A DNA stretch of 64,000 nt from the human T2T-CHM13v2.0 reference genome, Homo sapiens. Positions 1 through 11,378 of this stretch are shown here, in pieces. The DNA is taken from NCBI RefSeq assembly GCF_009914755.1, contig NC_060932.1; one strand, given 5' to 3'. The position numbers and the translations under genes were made by a program. Below the pieces are notes generated by a model, which did no database searches, had not been told where the DNA came from, and saw only the letters and a program-made list of their open reading frames with translations. Position 1 is the first letter of the stretch, and each line of letters starts with the position of its first letter.

Positions 1-110
1 CCCTCTTTATTGATGACAGCCAAGTAACTGACCTTTTCACTTTGGCTGTTAGGAAGCTCAGAACTAAACATGAATCCACCTAAAGCACCATGTTGGCCTT
101 CAGTGACCGT

Positions 111-222
111 ACACTCACAGCCACTGCCACACAAGTGCACTCACAGGTACACGCGAACGTGCACTCACTGCCACCGCCACACACGTTCACTCACAGGTAC
201 GCATGAACACGCACTCACAGCC
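111..222. repeat. Short degenerate tandem repeat, ~50-bp unit, ~2.2 copies
   Basis: cactcacagcca..gccacaca..cactcacaggtac recurs at a 50-bp offset. Confidence 0.6.
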
Positions 223-1899
223 TCTCCTGCACAACTGCTCTTCCAAGTCTTGACCAACTATGCCAATATGGTTTCCCTTGGTCCAGACCTTCTGCATTTT
301 ATTTCGACTCTTTATTGTATATCCAGAGAGAGTTTGGAAAAGAAGCGAGAAGCGTGGATAATGGCCAGGAAATGGGGGTGACGGTGCTGTGACAGAGTGT
401 CTAGTCAAAGAGGCAGTGCACAGCCTGGGAGGTATGTGTCAAATCACACAGTCCCCACCCCTCCCCACCCCTGCTCCTTTCCACCACCCCTTCCCCGCTT
501 CCAGACCCTGACTGCTGGGAAGGGGCCTTCTCTCAGGGTGCTGGAGCCCAAGGAAAGCTCAGACAGGGAGACAGAGGCTGGGTGACAGAGACGGAAGAAG
601 GACTTGCTCCGTCTCCGTGTCCCAGAGCACTGCTCTCCTAGGAGCCGAGGCAGGCCCAGCTCTGCACACTCCAGCTGGCTACACTCCCGCTGACCCCATG
701 GACACAGAACACAGGCTCTTTCCCCCCATCAGCGACTGTCAGGGCACGCACTTCATGAAGCTGGAGCTTCGCTCTCAATCCACCAAATGGCATGCGTTTT
801 TAACAGTTACTGAGGGAGCTAATTAGTTCATAAACCAGGACGCCTCTTCCCTGGCATCCTGGGAGGGCGGTGGTGCTGGCCCCGCATGTGTAATTACCCT
901 CAAGTCGAGAACAGCTCCTGAGGAGCTGTTGGGCTCTCTTGGGTAAATAATTTACTTTTACAACTTTTCATTAAAGATTAAAGGGAATTAAATTAAAATT
1001 AGGGCAAAATGAAGTTGGAGAGGAGACCTGTACAGCTTGGAGTTCTCTCATCGGAGGCTCTCTGCTTCCTGAGCTCACCCACCCTCCATCCAGGGATGCC
1101 AGGGCCCCTGTGGAGGGGAGACCCCGGGGATGTGCAGGAGGTGAGCTCCGGAGAGGAGAAGGACTTCCCTTCCAGGTAGGCCTCCTGATTACACCCTGCA
1201 TGGCCAGGACCTGCTGGGGATGGTGGCCGTGGCTGCCTTGAGGACGGGGTGAAACACCGTCACCAACACAACACACTGAGGCCAGGGTCTCCCAGCCCAT
1301 GGACACCCTCCACGGATACCAGGCCAGGATCCTCAGGTCGAAGGCTTTATGGCTTGGATGTGAGATGATGGTTGGAGCTTAGGTGCTGACTCAGGGGCCT
1401 GGGTGAGCCCCTTCGGAAGCCAGAGCTTCTGCTTCCTTGTCTAAAAAAGGGAAAGGTGGTGCGTGGAGTGAAGGAGAGGGCTGAGCTCTGATCCTGGCCA
1501 GAGAGAAATGCCCAATGAACAGAGGGGTGTGAATCACTGGTGCCTGGCTCCCACACCCAGGAGAGCTGAGAAAGGAGTTGTGGGTTAATCCAGGCCATGC
1601 ACTTGCAGCGGCTCCAGCTCAGCTCCGCCTTCAGCACGCTCAAAGCGATTGGTAGGACAGCGGGTGAGTCGGGGTGGGCTGTGCACAGAGAGCTGAGCCT
1701 GAACACAGGCCAGGTCGTCCTAGCAGGGGCAGGACATGGGCTGCTGAAGGAAACCAGTCCTCCTTCAGGCCCAGCAGGCTCTGGGATTTGCTGCCCTGGC
1801 TGGAGCCTCCCTTGGGGACAAACAGAGCAGGACAGGGAGGCAAAGGGGAAGCCAGGGCCTCTGGATGGAGCGGGCAGTTGGGGGACCAGGGACTGGGCT

Positions 1900-1985
1900 C
1901 GCCGCCTTGCTACTATGTGCCTTTTGGCCAAGACTTCACCTCTCTGAGCTCAAATGTACAAATCTATAGCACATGGGTAAACTGA
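1900..1985 (+). mobile_element. MIR SINE fragment
   Basis: gacttcacctctctgagctca...atctatagcacatgggtaa resembles the MIR core (cacttaacctctctgagcctcagtttcctcatctgtaaaatgggg). Confidence 0.5.
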
Positions 1986-3509
1986 GTCGGTGGGCAGCAG
2001 CCCGCCTCCACGTGCCCATGGCGAGCACGCTGGCACTGCTTCACTGAACATTCTCAGTGACATTCCGAGAGGCATCGTCCTGCTCACTTGATGGACAAGC
2101 CTGTTTTGGTTTAAAGAGACAGAGTCAGCACTTCAACCCAGGTCTCCCTGGCACCAAGGCCAGTGTGCACCTTCACTCCACGGCTCTGTGATCAGGGTGG
2201 CATCTGCTGCCATCCACAGTGCCCCTTGCCCTCTGTGCTGGGCTCCTGCAATCGCCGCCGGTGGCACCTCAGCTCTGTGTCTCAAGGCCCTGCACATCTG
2301 CCCCCTCCGTGAGGCAGTTCCCTGCTCTCTCATGGAATACTCGACCTCGAGAAGGTTCTGGTTGCAGAGGCTGTCTGGGAAGCCATCGCGTTTCCTCCTG
2401 GGCACAGACTGCAGCCCCTCTCCAAGGGAGTGAGTTGGAAACACAAGATCAAGTCCAGACCAAGGGGACTTAGAGGGAAAGGACAAACCTGGACCGTAAA
2501 CACATCCATCCTATAGTCCCCCATCTCCAGGCTGAGAGGAGAAACTGAAGAAACTGAGGGCTGGAGGAGGGAGGAGCTGCAAGATAGGCGGGCTATGGGA
2601 CCAACAGGTCCACGGGGTAGGGGAGCCCCTAGGGGTGGGGCCCCAGGTGGGTAGAGCCTCAGGGTAGGCAGGGACATACAGGGGACGAAGACACGAGGTG
2701 GTCAGAGCCAGAACACTGTGGAGCCTGGGTCCCCAGGTGAGCGCCAAAAAGCTGCCTGCACCAAGAACACCATGAGATATAAACAAAATGAGGCTGATGT
2801 GTTAGGTCCCTGGAATTTGGGGCTGTTTGTTACAGCATTTAGCTGTGACATTTACAGGCCACCAGAGCTCATTTAACCAAGCCCTCCCTTTCAGGAGGAA
2901 GCACCAGGGCCCCCATGCGCTGCTGTGCCCACGGCCACATTGGGCATCCATGGCAGACAGGCACTGGGCCTCTAGTCCCTTCTCTCTCAACACAGGCAAG
3001 CTGTGTTTTGCACCAGGAACGCCTTGGCTCATGGAGACAATGACTATATTAAGTGCTTCCCCTTCAACCTTCTCTTTTTGGACAAGCACTTTAGACAACT
3101 GAAGATAAACCAGAAGAAAAAGAAACGGGGAAAAAAATGGAAAATATGCCTGCTGGCTGGAAGCATTATGCAAAGACAGCTTTCTGAGAAGAGCAGAGAA
3201 TTTAAAATGACTCCTCTGTCCCCAAGCAATGTCTCTACCTTTTCAATCTCTCATTTTTCATCTTCTCTCAAGCCTGTCTAAATAAAGCAAAGACTCTCGC
3301 CACCCAGGCAGGCCCCCCGCCCCCACCGCTCTGTGTGGCTCTGTGTTGAGTCCTTGTCCTCATCACACAATGCCAACCCAGTCTCAGACTTTCTCATCTG
3401 CCAATCAGATCATACACGTGGGCACGGTCAGCACCCAGGGGGTTTGGAGGAATCATGAGACCCTTTCCTAGAGGAGGAAGCTGAGGCCTGGAAGGGAAGG
3501 AGTACAGGA

Positions 3510-4720
3510 GGGTCAGAGCAGATGTGAGGGGTGTGCAGGTGTCAGAGTGGGTGTGGAGGTGTCCAGGGGTCAGAGCAGGTGTGGGGGCTGTGCAGGGGTC
3601 AGAGCAGGTGGGGAGGTGTGCAGGATCAGAGAAGATGCAGGGGGTACACACAGCAGGAGTCAGAGCAGGTAGGGGGGGCGTACAGGGGTCAGAGTGGGTG
3701 TGGGGGTGTCCCGGGGTCAGAGCAGGTGGGGAGGTGTGCAGGGATCAGAGAAGATGCAGGGGGTATACACAGCAGGTGTCACAGCAGGTTGGGGGGGCAT
3801 ACAGGGGTCAGAGTGGGTGTGGGGGGTGTCCCGGGGTCAGAGCAGGTGGGAGGTGTGCAGGGATCAGAGAAGATGCAGGGGGTATACACAGCAGGTGTCA
3901 GAGCAGGTAGGGGGGCGTACAGGGGTCAGAGTGGGTGTGGGGGTGTCCCGGGGTCAGAGCAGGTGGGGAGGTGTGCAGGGATCAGAGAAGATGCAGGGGT
4001 TACACACAGCAGGTGTCAGAGCAGGTAGGGGGGGCATACAGGGGTCAGAGTGGGTGTGAGGGTGTCCCGGGGTCAGAGCAGGTGGGAGGTGTGCAGGGAT
4101 CAGAGAAGATGCAGGGGGTATACACAGCAAGTGTCACAGCAGGTTGGGGGGGCGTACAGGGGTCAGAGTGGGTGTGGGGGTGTCCCGGGGTCAGAGCAGG
4201 TGGGGAGGTGTGCAGGGATCAGAGAAGATGCAGGGGGTATACACAGCAGGTGTCACAGCAGGTTGGGGGGGCGTACAGGGGTCAGAGTGGGTGTGGGGGT
4301 GTCCCGGGGTCAGAGCAGGTGGGAGGTGTACAGGGATCAGAGAAGATGCAGGGGGTATACACAGCAGGTGTCAGAGCAGGTAGGGGGGGCATACAGGGGT
4401 CAGAGTGGGTGTGAGGGTGTCCTGGGGTCAGAGCAGGTGGGAGGTGTGCAGGGATCAGAGAAGATGCAGGGGGTACACACAGCAGGAGTCAGAGCAGGTA
4501 GGGGGGCGTACAGGGGTCAGAGCAGGTGTGGGGGCTGTGCAGGGGTCAGAGCAGGTGGGGAGGTGTGCAGGGATCAGAGAAGATGCAGGGGGTACACACA
4601 GCAGGTGTCAGAGCAGGTAGGGGGGGCATACAGGGGTCAGAGTGGGTGTGAGGGTGTGCAGGGGTCAGAGCGGGTGTGTGGAGATTTGCAGGTGTCAGAG
4701 CTGGCATGGGGGGCATGCAG
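3510..4720. repeat. G-rich VNTR, 118/119-bp unit built from four ~30-bp subunits, ~10 copies
   Basis: gatcagagaagatgcag starts at 3624, 3743, 3862, 3980, 4098, 4217, 4335, 4453 and 4572. Subunits begin with gtcagag, atcagag or gtcacag. Confidence 0.95.
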
Positions 4721-5489
4721 GAGTACTGAGGGGCTGCAGCTGGTTTTCTGTGCCGGGCCTTGCATAGGCTGCTTGTTGGCTCTGCCTGGGCATCTGCCAT
4801 TGGCGTGTCTAGCGCAGCCTCTCCTCCCTGGAAGCCTTCCCTCCCAGGGACCTCTGTTGCTGCCCTCGGCATTCTGCACCTTGTGCCCATGTGTGCCACC
4901 TAGAAGGGCATTTACCTTGGGGGCAGGGGGCCGCCTCCACTAACAGGCTGGCACTTCCTCCCCCCAGGCCCTAGTGCCCAGCAGGGCCTGTGTGTATGGG
5001 GCCTGTATGGGGTCTCCACCAGGATTTCTAGACCTTGAACTCTGGCAGTAGGTCCAGGCTTGAAAACCAGGTTTCTGGACTCCTGGTGTGTGCAGCAGGG
5101 AGACAGCAGGAGGAAGACATTTTCCAGAGAGAAGACATAAAGTGATTGTGGATGTAGAAATGACGACTTCAATTGCTCCTCCAAAGTATTCAAGGCCAAG
5201 TTCAAGGCTGTCTGATCACGTCCCCTGTGGTCTCTCACCCCAGTGCCCTGCGACTTCCCCTGCTCCATCTGTCCCTCCCTCCTGCTGACTCCCTGTGGCC
5301 TTTCCAAAGCTGGGCTCCTGCAGCACCTGCTCCAGGAAGACTTCCTGAAGCACATCCAGCCCCCAGCAACCCGCCATGGCCTGCATGGCCCACACGGGAA
5401 TCTGCTGCTGAGGGACTGTCTCTCCTGAGCTCCTGGGGGACCTCTGCCATATGAATGGACAGACGATAAGATGGCCTTGGCCCTTCAAT

Positions 5490-5580
5490 GGCTTACAGTG
5501 TGACCTCAGGTAAATCATTTAACCGATCTGAGCCTCAGCGTCCCCATTGTCACATGAGAGCAATGGGCTGAATGGTTTCA
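5490..5580 (+). mobile_element. MIR SINE fragment
   Basis: tgtgacctcaggtaaatcatttaaccgatctgagcctcag matches the MIR core. Confidence 0.65.
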
Positions 5581-6525
5581 AACAGGCTCACTATTTCATG
5601 TTCTCATCTCTGGGCGCCATGTCCAGAACTTCTTCCTACCATGAAAAGGTGCCATGCTTGTCATGAAGCATGCCGGGAACCCCTCTCACCCTGTACCCCC
5701 AGACTGTCCTCACACAGCCCAGGGCTGACCCCTGCCTGGTGCTGGGTCAGTGCTTACGAGGTTAAACAGACTCTTGATGTGGTGACAGCCAAAGCTTCAC
5801 ATAGAACTATAAAGTCTTAGAGCACAAACGGGAAGGACATGAGGTGCAAAAGGACCTTCTAGTGGCCCATCTGCTTGAACCGCCAGAGCCGGGCAGCTGG
5901 ATGAGCGGGTGGCGGTTAGCTGCTGCCCCTGTGCTGGACTGGAGGGGCAGGGCTGCCCAGTGGAGAGCACCTCCCTGCTGAGACTCTGGGCAAGGAGCTT
6001 TTAGAAGCGGGGCCACAGGCAGCCTGGAGGTTCCTGAGGACCTGGTCAAGGGAGATGGGCCCAGACACTCCCTCTGTCCTAGGCTTGGGCTGGCAACACA
6101 GAGACGACCAGGAGCTCACAGCCTGCAGGGGAGACTGTGGCCCACACAATCCAAGACCGGGTGAGGAGTGTCCCCCACCCCATCCCATCTCAGCTGGGAG
6201 TGGTGGGGGCTGGATACAGGAGGGTCCACAGGAGCCCTGGCTGTCCCAGTGTGGCATAGACCTCACCTCAGTCCTGAAGCATCCACCAGGGGTTGCCCAA
6301 CCTCCCCTGCTCCCCAGGCTTCTCTGATGGGGCTTGAGCACCCCAAAAGCTGCAAGTATTAATTTAATCCGGGGTCCCAGATGTGCACAGGATTCCTGCT
6401 CTCCATTATGGCAGCCACCCTGAGAATGAATACTGGTTTACCAGACCCTGGAGGCAAACCACGCCTCCCCAGGCCTCAGCAGGCTCAGGTCTACCGTGCC
6501 TTTTTGTCCTCTTCCACCCTAGCCA

Positions 6526-6586
6526 CCTCCAGCAGACAAGAGGCGCCCTCAGGCTGCCGCCCCTTTGTATTTATTGCTGGGTCTCC
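6526..6586 (+). repeat. Dispersed direct repeat A, putative donor (copy at 7878-7939)
   Basis: cctccagcagacaagag..gccctcaggctgc.gcccctttg...ttattgctgggtctcc is present at both sites, ~6 differences in 62 bp by manual count. Confidence 0.9.
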
Positions 6587-7802
6587 TCAGTGTGCAGAGG
6601 AGCACCTTAGGGCCAGGCAGCACCCCTGCATTGCACCCCAGCATGAAAAGACCCATGGAGCTGTGCTGGGCACAGGCTGAGGGGCTCTCCAGGCAGCCTG
6701 AACTAGAGAAGAGAGGACTTGCTGGGACCCCCAAAGCTGGCTTGTGGCCCCTGCTCCTGGGGATAGACCTCTGGCCTCTCTCCAAAGACCATGCGGCTTC
6801 TCTAAATGAGCTTTCCAGCACGGAGGGGGCAGGAACACCCTGGGCCTGCCTGGGATGAGTCCCGTGGGACCATTCAAACTGCACCTGTTCAACAGGTCCC
6901 AGCCTATGCTGGGATTCTACCTGCAGAGCTCACTAACACTCTCAACTGCTTCCATCTCCAGGAGTCCATTTGTTTCCTGGAGCAGCAGCAGGTGACATCA
7001 GCAGGTGGGTCTTCACCCTGCTGAGCACAGGGAAACCAAGTGTGACTCCAGCACTAGAGCCAAGAGCCTCCACCCTCTGCCAGGCAGTGTGATGGAGTCT
7101 CTGGCCCACCCCAAGGGCTGCAGACAGCCAAGCACAAGGGGAGGAGACTTCCTCATGGGCTGTGCCAGGGCAAGCCAGCAGGGCTATGGGGTCATCCTAG
7201 GGAATGGCTGGCTGGCCAATCAATACGCCATTTAAAATTAGCACAGCCCTGCCTGGGAGAAAGGTTATGGGAGGTCAACATAGTCAGCCCACCCAGCCAC
7301 AGGTCTGAAACCTCTGGCCCAACTCTGTCAGGTGTTAGTCTGGAAATCACAGTGGATTTCTTGGCTGTGCAATGATCAGCAGCCAGAACTAGACAGAATG
7401 CATCTTTTCAGGGGTCCAGAGGCTGGGGATGCCCAGGGGCCAGGCCCACAGCACCTGGGATTGACCCCCGCCATGGCATATAAGTAAGCCTGGCCCTTTC
7501 AGACACCAGATCACCCCTGCATATCCCTGCTGCTGGTCCCAGGGCCATGCCCTAGCCTTGCTCATTTCTGATTCTTCCCACTGCCCTCTTGCTTCCAATA
7601 CTAGCTTGTGGCCACTAGCAACAGGGTGGGACTCCCCTGTTTCACTTCTAAAGTCATTGACCTCAGCTTGGTGAGGTTCTTAGTTAGGGTGACGGATATA
7701 GCTCTATCTGCCTAGGTATCTGGACTCCCATGCCCCAACCCTAGAACAAAGACCTGGACACAACCTCTTCTGCCTCCACAAACTCAAAAACTCTAGACTA
7801 CA

Positions 7803-9545
7803 TGTCATCCACCTATCCATCCAGCATCTACCCATCTACCATCCATCCATCCAGCATCCATCCATCCATCCATCCATCCTCCAGCAGACAAGAGATGCCC
7901 TCAGGCTGCTGCCCCTTTGATTTTATTGGCTGGGTCTCCCATCCACCATTCATTTATCATCCACCTATCTATCCACTATTCATCCATCCACTCACCATCT
8001 ACCCATCCATCCATCCATCCATCAATCCACCATCCATCCACCATCCATCTATCCACCATCTACCCACCATCCATCCAGCATCCACCCATCCACCATTCAC
8101 ACATCCATCTTTGTCCGTCTACCATCCATCTATCCATCCATCCAAAATCCACCACTCATCCATTCACCCATCCATCTCTCTACCATCCATCCATCCATCC
8201 ACCATTCATCCACTCTACATCCATCCACTACCACCTGTTCATCTACCATCCATCCATCTATATATCGATCCATCTATATACCATCCATCCACTACCATCT
8301 ATCCGCCATCCATCCACCATCTACCCATCTACCATCCATCCATCCATCCAACATCTACCCATCCATCCATCCACCCATCTACCATCCATCCATCCAACAT
8401 CTACCCATCCATCAACCCATCTACCATCCATCCATCCACCCATCTACCACCCATCCATTCATCCAACATCTACCCATCCATCCACCCATCTACCATCCAT
8501 CCACCATCCACAATTGAACCATCCACCCATCTACCGTCCATCCATCCATCCATCTAACATCTACCCATCCATCCATCCACCCATCTACCATCCATCTATC
8601 CAACATCTACCCATGTATCCACCCATCTACCATCCATCCAACATCTACCCATCCATCCATCCATCCACCATCCATCTATCCACCATGTACCCACCATCAA
8701 TCCAGCATCCACCCATCCACCATTCACACATCCATCTACTGTCCATCTACCATCCATCTATCCATCCATCCAAAATCCACCATTCCTCCATTCACTCATC
8801 CATCTCTCTACCATCCATCCATCTACCATTCATCCATTCATACATCCATCCACTACCACCTGTTCATCTACCATCCATCCATCTATATATCCATCCATCC
8901 ATCTATCTATATACCATCCATCCACTACCATCTATCCACCATCCATCCACCATCTACCCATCTACCATCCATCCATCCATCCACCCATCCAACATCTACC
9001 CATCCAACCATCCATCCATCCACCCATCTAGCATCCATCCATCCAGCATCTACCCATGCATCCACCCATCTACCATCCATCCATCAATCCAAAATCTACC
9101 CATCCATCCATCCATCCAACTTCTACCCATCCATCCACCCATCTACCATCCATCCATCCAACATCTATCTACCCATCCATCCACCCACCCACCCATCTAT
9201 CCATCCATCCATCCATCCAACATCTACCCATCCATTCACCCATCTACCATCCATCCATCATCCACCATCCACCATCCACCCATCCACCATCCATCCATCC
9301 ATCCAACATCTACCCATGCATCCATTCACCCATCTACCATCCATCCATCCAACATCTACCCATCCATCCATTCACCCATCTACCATCCATCCATCCAACA
9401 TCTACCCATCCATCCACCCATCTACCGTCCATCCATCCATCCACCATCCACCCATCCACCCATCTACCATCCATCCATCCATTCATCCATCAACAACTAC
9501 CCATCCATCCATCCACCCATCTATCCATCCCTCATCTTTCCATCT
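7803..9545. repeat. Degenerate (CCAT)n/(ATGG)n simple-repeat tract, ~1.7 kb
   Basis: Continuous ccat, ccac and ctat tetramers with almost no G on the + strand. Confidence 0.97.
7878..7939 (+). repeat. Dispersed direct repeat A, copy embedded in the CCAT tract
   Basis: A 62-bp block of non-CCAT sequence interrupts the tract and matches 6526-6586. Confidence 0.9.
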
Positions 9546-9814
9546 ATCCCCCTTTCCTTCCTCCCTCCCTTTATTCACTTCCCATCAGATTTCCCAATAG
9601 CCGTTCATGCGTTTTACCGTTTTACTGATTTGTTCTGCTCTTCCCTCAGGGGAAATACTCCCAGTGGCTGCTGAATGCTCATCTATCCTTCAAGGTCTGG
9701 ATGCAGTAAGTCATTGCTGCAAGCCTTCTGTACTCCTTCCAGATTTCTCTATGCTCCCCTGAGGCCTTGATCATACTCTCCTTGTTTGCCTGAGTCAGAT
9801 GAGTCCCATTAAGC

Positions 9815-9920
9815 CTTATGTCTGCCATTACTAGCTGTGGCCCTCTGGCCAGCCACCCATTCTACAAGTCCCGGAATCCTCATTTGTAACATGGACTAAG
9901 GGTGACCGCGAGGATGAAAG
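9815..9920 (+). mobile_element. MIR fragment
   Basis: ctgccattactagctgtg...tcctcatttgtaacatgg. Confidence 0.5.
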
Positions 9921-10059
9921 GACTTCTATGAGTAGCGCTGCCACCTCAACACATGATGCTGCTGGGCAATGCCACCCCCCTCTCCTCGCCTGTGTTGTGG
10001 CCATGGGACAGCGAGGTGTCTGCATGTCTGTCTCCTCAGCTGAAGCACCCCCATCATGG

Positions 10060-10125
10060 TTGTTTGTGCATCCCAATCCTGCTCCTTGGCACAGAGCAGG
10101 TATTCCATAAATATTTGCTGAATCA
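10060..10125 (+). mobile_element. L2 LINE 3' end
   Basis: tggcacagagcaggtattccataaatatttgctgaat resembles the L2 terminus (tggcacatagtaggtgctcaataaatatttgttgaat). Confidence 0.65.
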
Positions 10126-10964
10126 AACTGACTTCATCTTGGCACGTCTCAATCTTGAACGGACAAGTGCAAAAAGAGAGACCATCCAGTGTGTTCTTAG
10201 CTCAGGCTGGCTCTGCAGGGAAAGGTGAAGCCATGTGGCAGCCACCATTAGATTGAAACAGCCAAGGCCCCCCCAGCCTGCTGCTGCTCCATGCTCTGCT
10301 CCTGACCTCCCAAGGAGCCTGGCCCTCTCCAGACCCTGCTTTCCTTCCCTGGGAAATAAGGGCATCTAATGAGTGACCCCCAAAGCTCTTTCCCCTTTGA
10401 CTGCCTGGTCTCAGCTGCACAATTAACAGCAGACATCACCAAGAACTAGTCAGTTTGTATCACCTGGGGCTCCCACATCTGCTCCCAGGAGTGCAGCTGG
10501 TCTGAAAAGGTGCCCCTCAGCAATCAAGGCCAGAGCCACAGTCCACAGGCACTCTGGGTGCTGCTTGCAGACAGCTGGGTGCTGCCTTCCAAGACTGCCT
10601 CCATTCAGGGGTGCTGCCGTGACCGAGATCACAGACCCTTCCTGGGGTGACCTACATGCGGTGACTGATCCACACAGGGTATCAAGGCTGGGCCCCTCAC
10701 CTCACCCAAACTCGGGGTAACAACAAGAAGCCATCCCAACTCCCATGGGTCGGCTGAAATCCTCACTGGGCCTGCCCAGCTTCTTTCTCTGTCCATCTGC
10801 TTCCTCCTCTCCTTCCCACCGTGCTGACCTGAAGGTGCTGCGTGCCAGCCTCTGTTTTCCAGAGACGCCCCCACCCCGTGTCACAAGCTGAACAGCACAT
10901 CTTCCTCCCCTGGCTGAAAACAGGTCTCCTGCTGGTGCAAAACCACATTCAACTCATCAGAGAC

Positions 10965-11035
10965 TTAGCCTTGGCCCCACCACTTACTGAGTGACTTTCT
11001 GAGCTTCCACTTCCTCATCTGTCAAACGGGCAAAA
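10965..11035 (+). mobile_element. MIR fragment
   Basis: ccacttactgagtgac...tctgagcttccacttcctcatctgtcaaacggg. Confidence 0.6.
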
Positions 11036-11378
11036 CGTACTAGGAACACAGGGTGTGGCTACCAGGGAAACCCCAGGAGCTGTGCGGCACACGGAGCTGT
11101 CACTGCCAGGGGCCCTGGGAAGGACGGGCCAAAGCCATCGGTCTTGGCTGCCTGGGGCCAACAGGACAGGGGTGATGAGATGGCCCTCGGCCAGCCTTGA
11201 GGTCACCTGAGAGGTCGTTGTAATTGGGGGAGCCATGAGCTCCGAGCCTCGTCTGCCCCAGCTCCCACTGCTGGCTCAGTGCTGGTGTGGCACCTGGCAC
11301 CCTCCAGGTCCTCGGATAACTTGTGCTGAGTGAATCAGTGAACCTAGGAGCATGCAGGACAGACCTGTGGAGAAGCCA

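Noticed and set aside
4893-4907. CTCF-like motif on the - strand (ccttctaggtggcac); also tggccagcagaggtggcag near 63507
   Set aside because: Each has two mismatches in the core, so neither can be called without ChIP data.
6514-6526. PRDM9 13-mer match CCACCCTAGCCAC at the edge of duplication donor A
   Set aside because: The degenerate motif is common in GC-rich DNA, and the duplication (~10% diverged) is probably far older than current human PRDM9 specificity.
7802-9674. 585-aa and 251-aa His/Pro/Ser/Ile-rich ORFs
   Set aside because: Translation of a (CCAT)n simple repeat.
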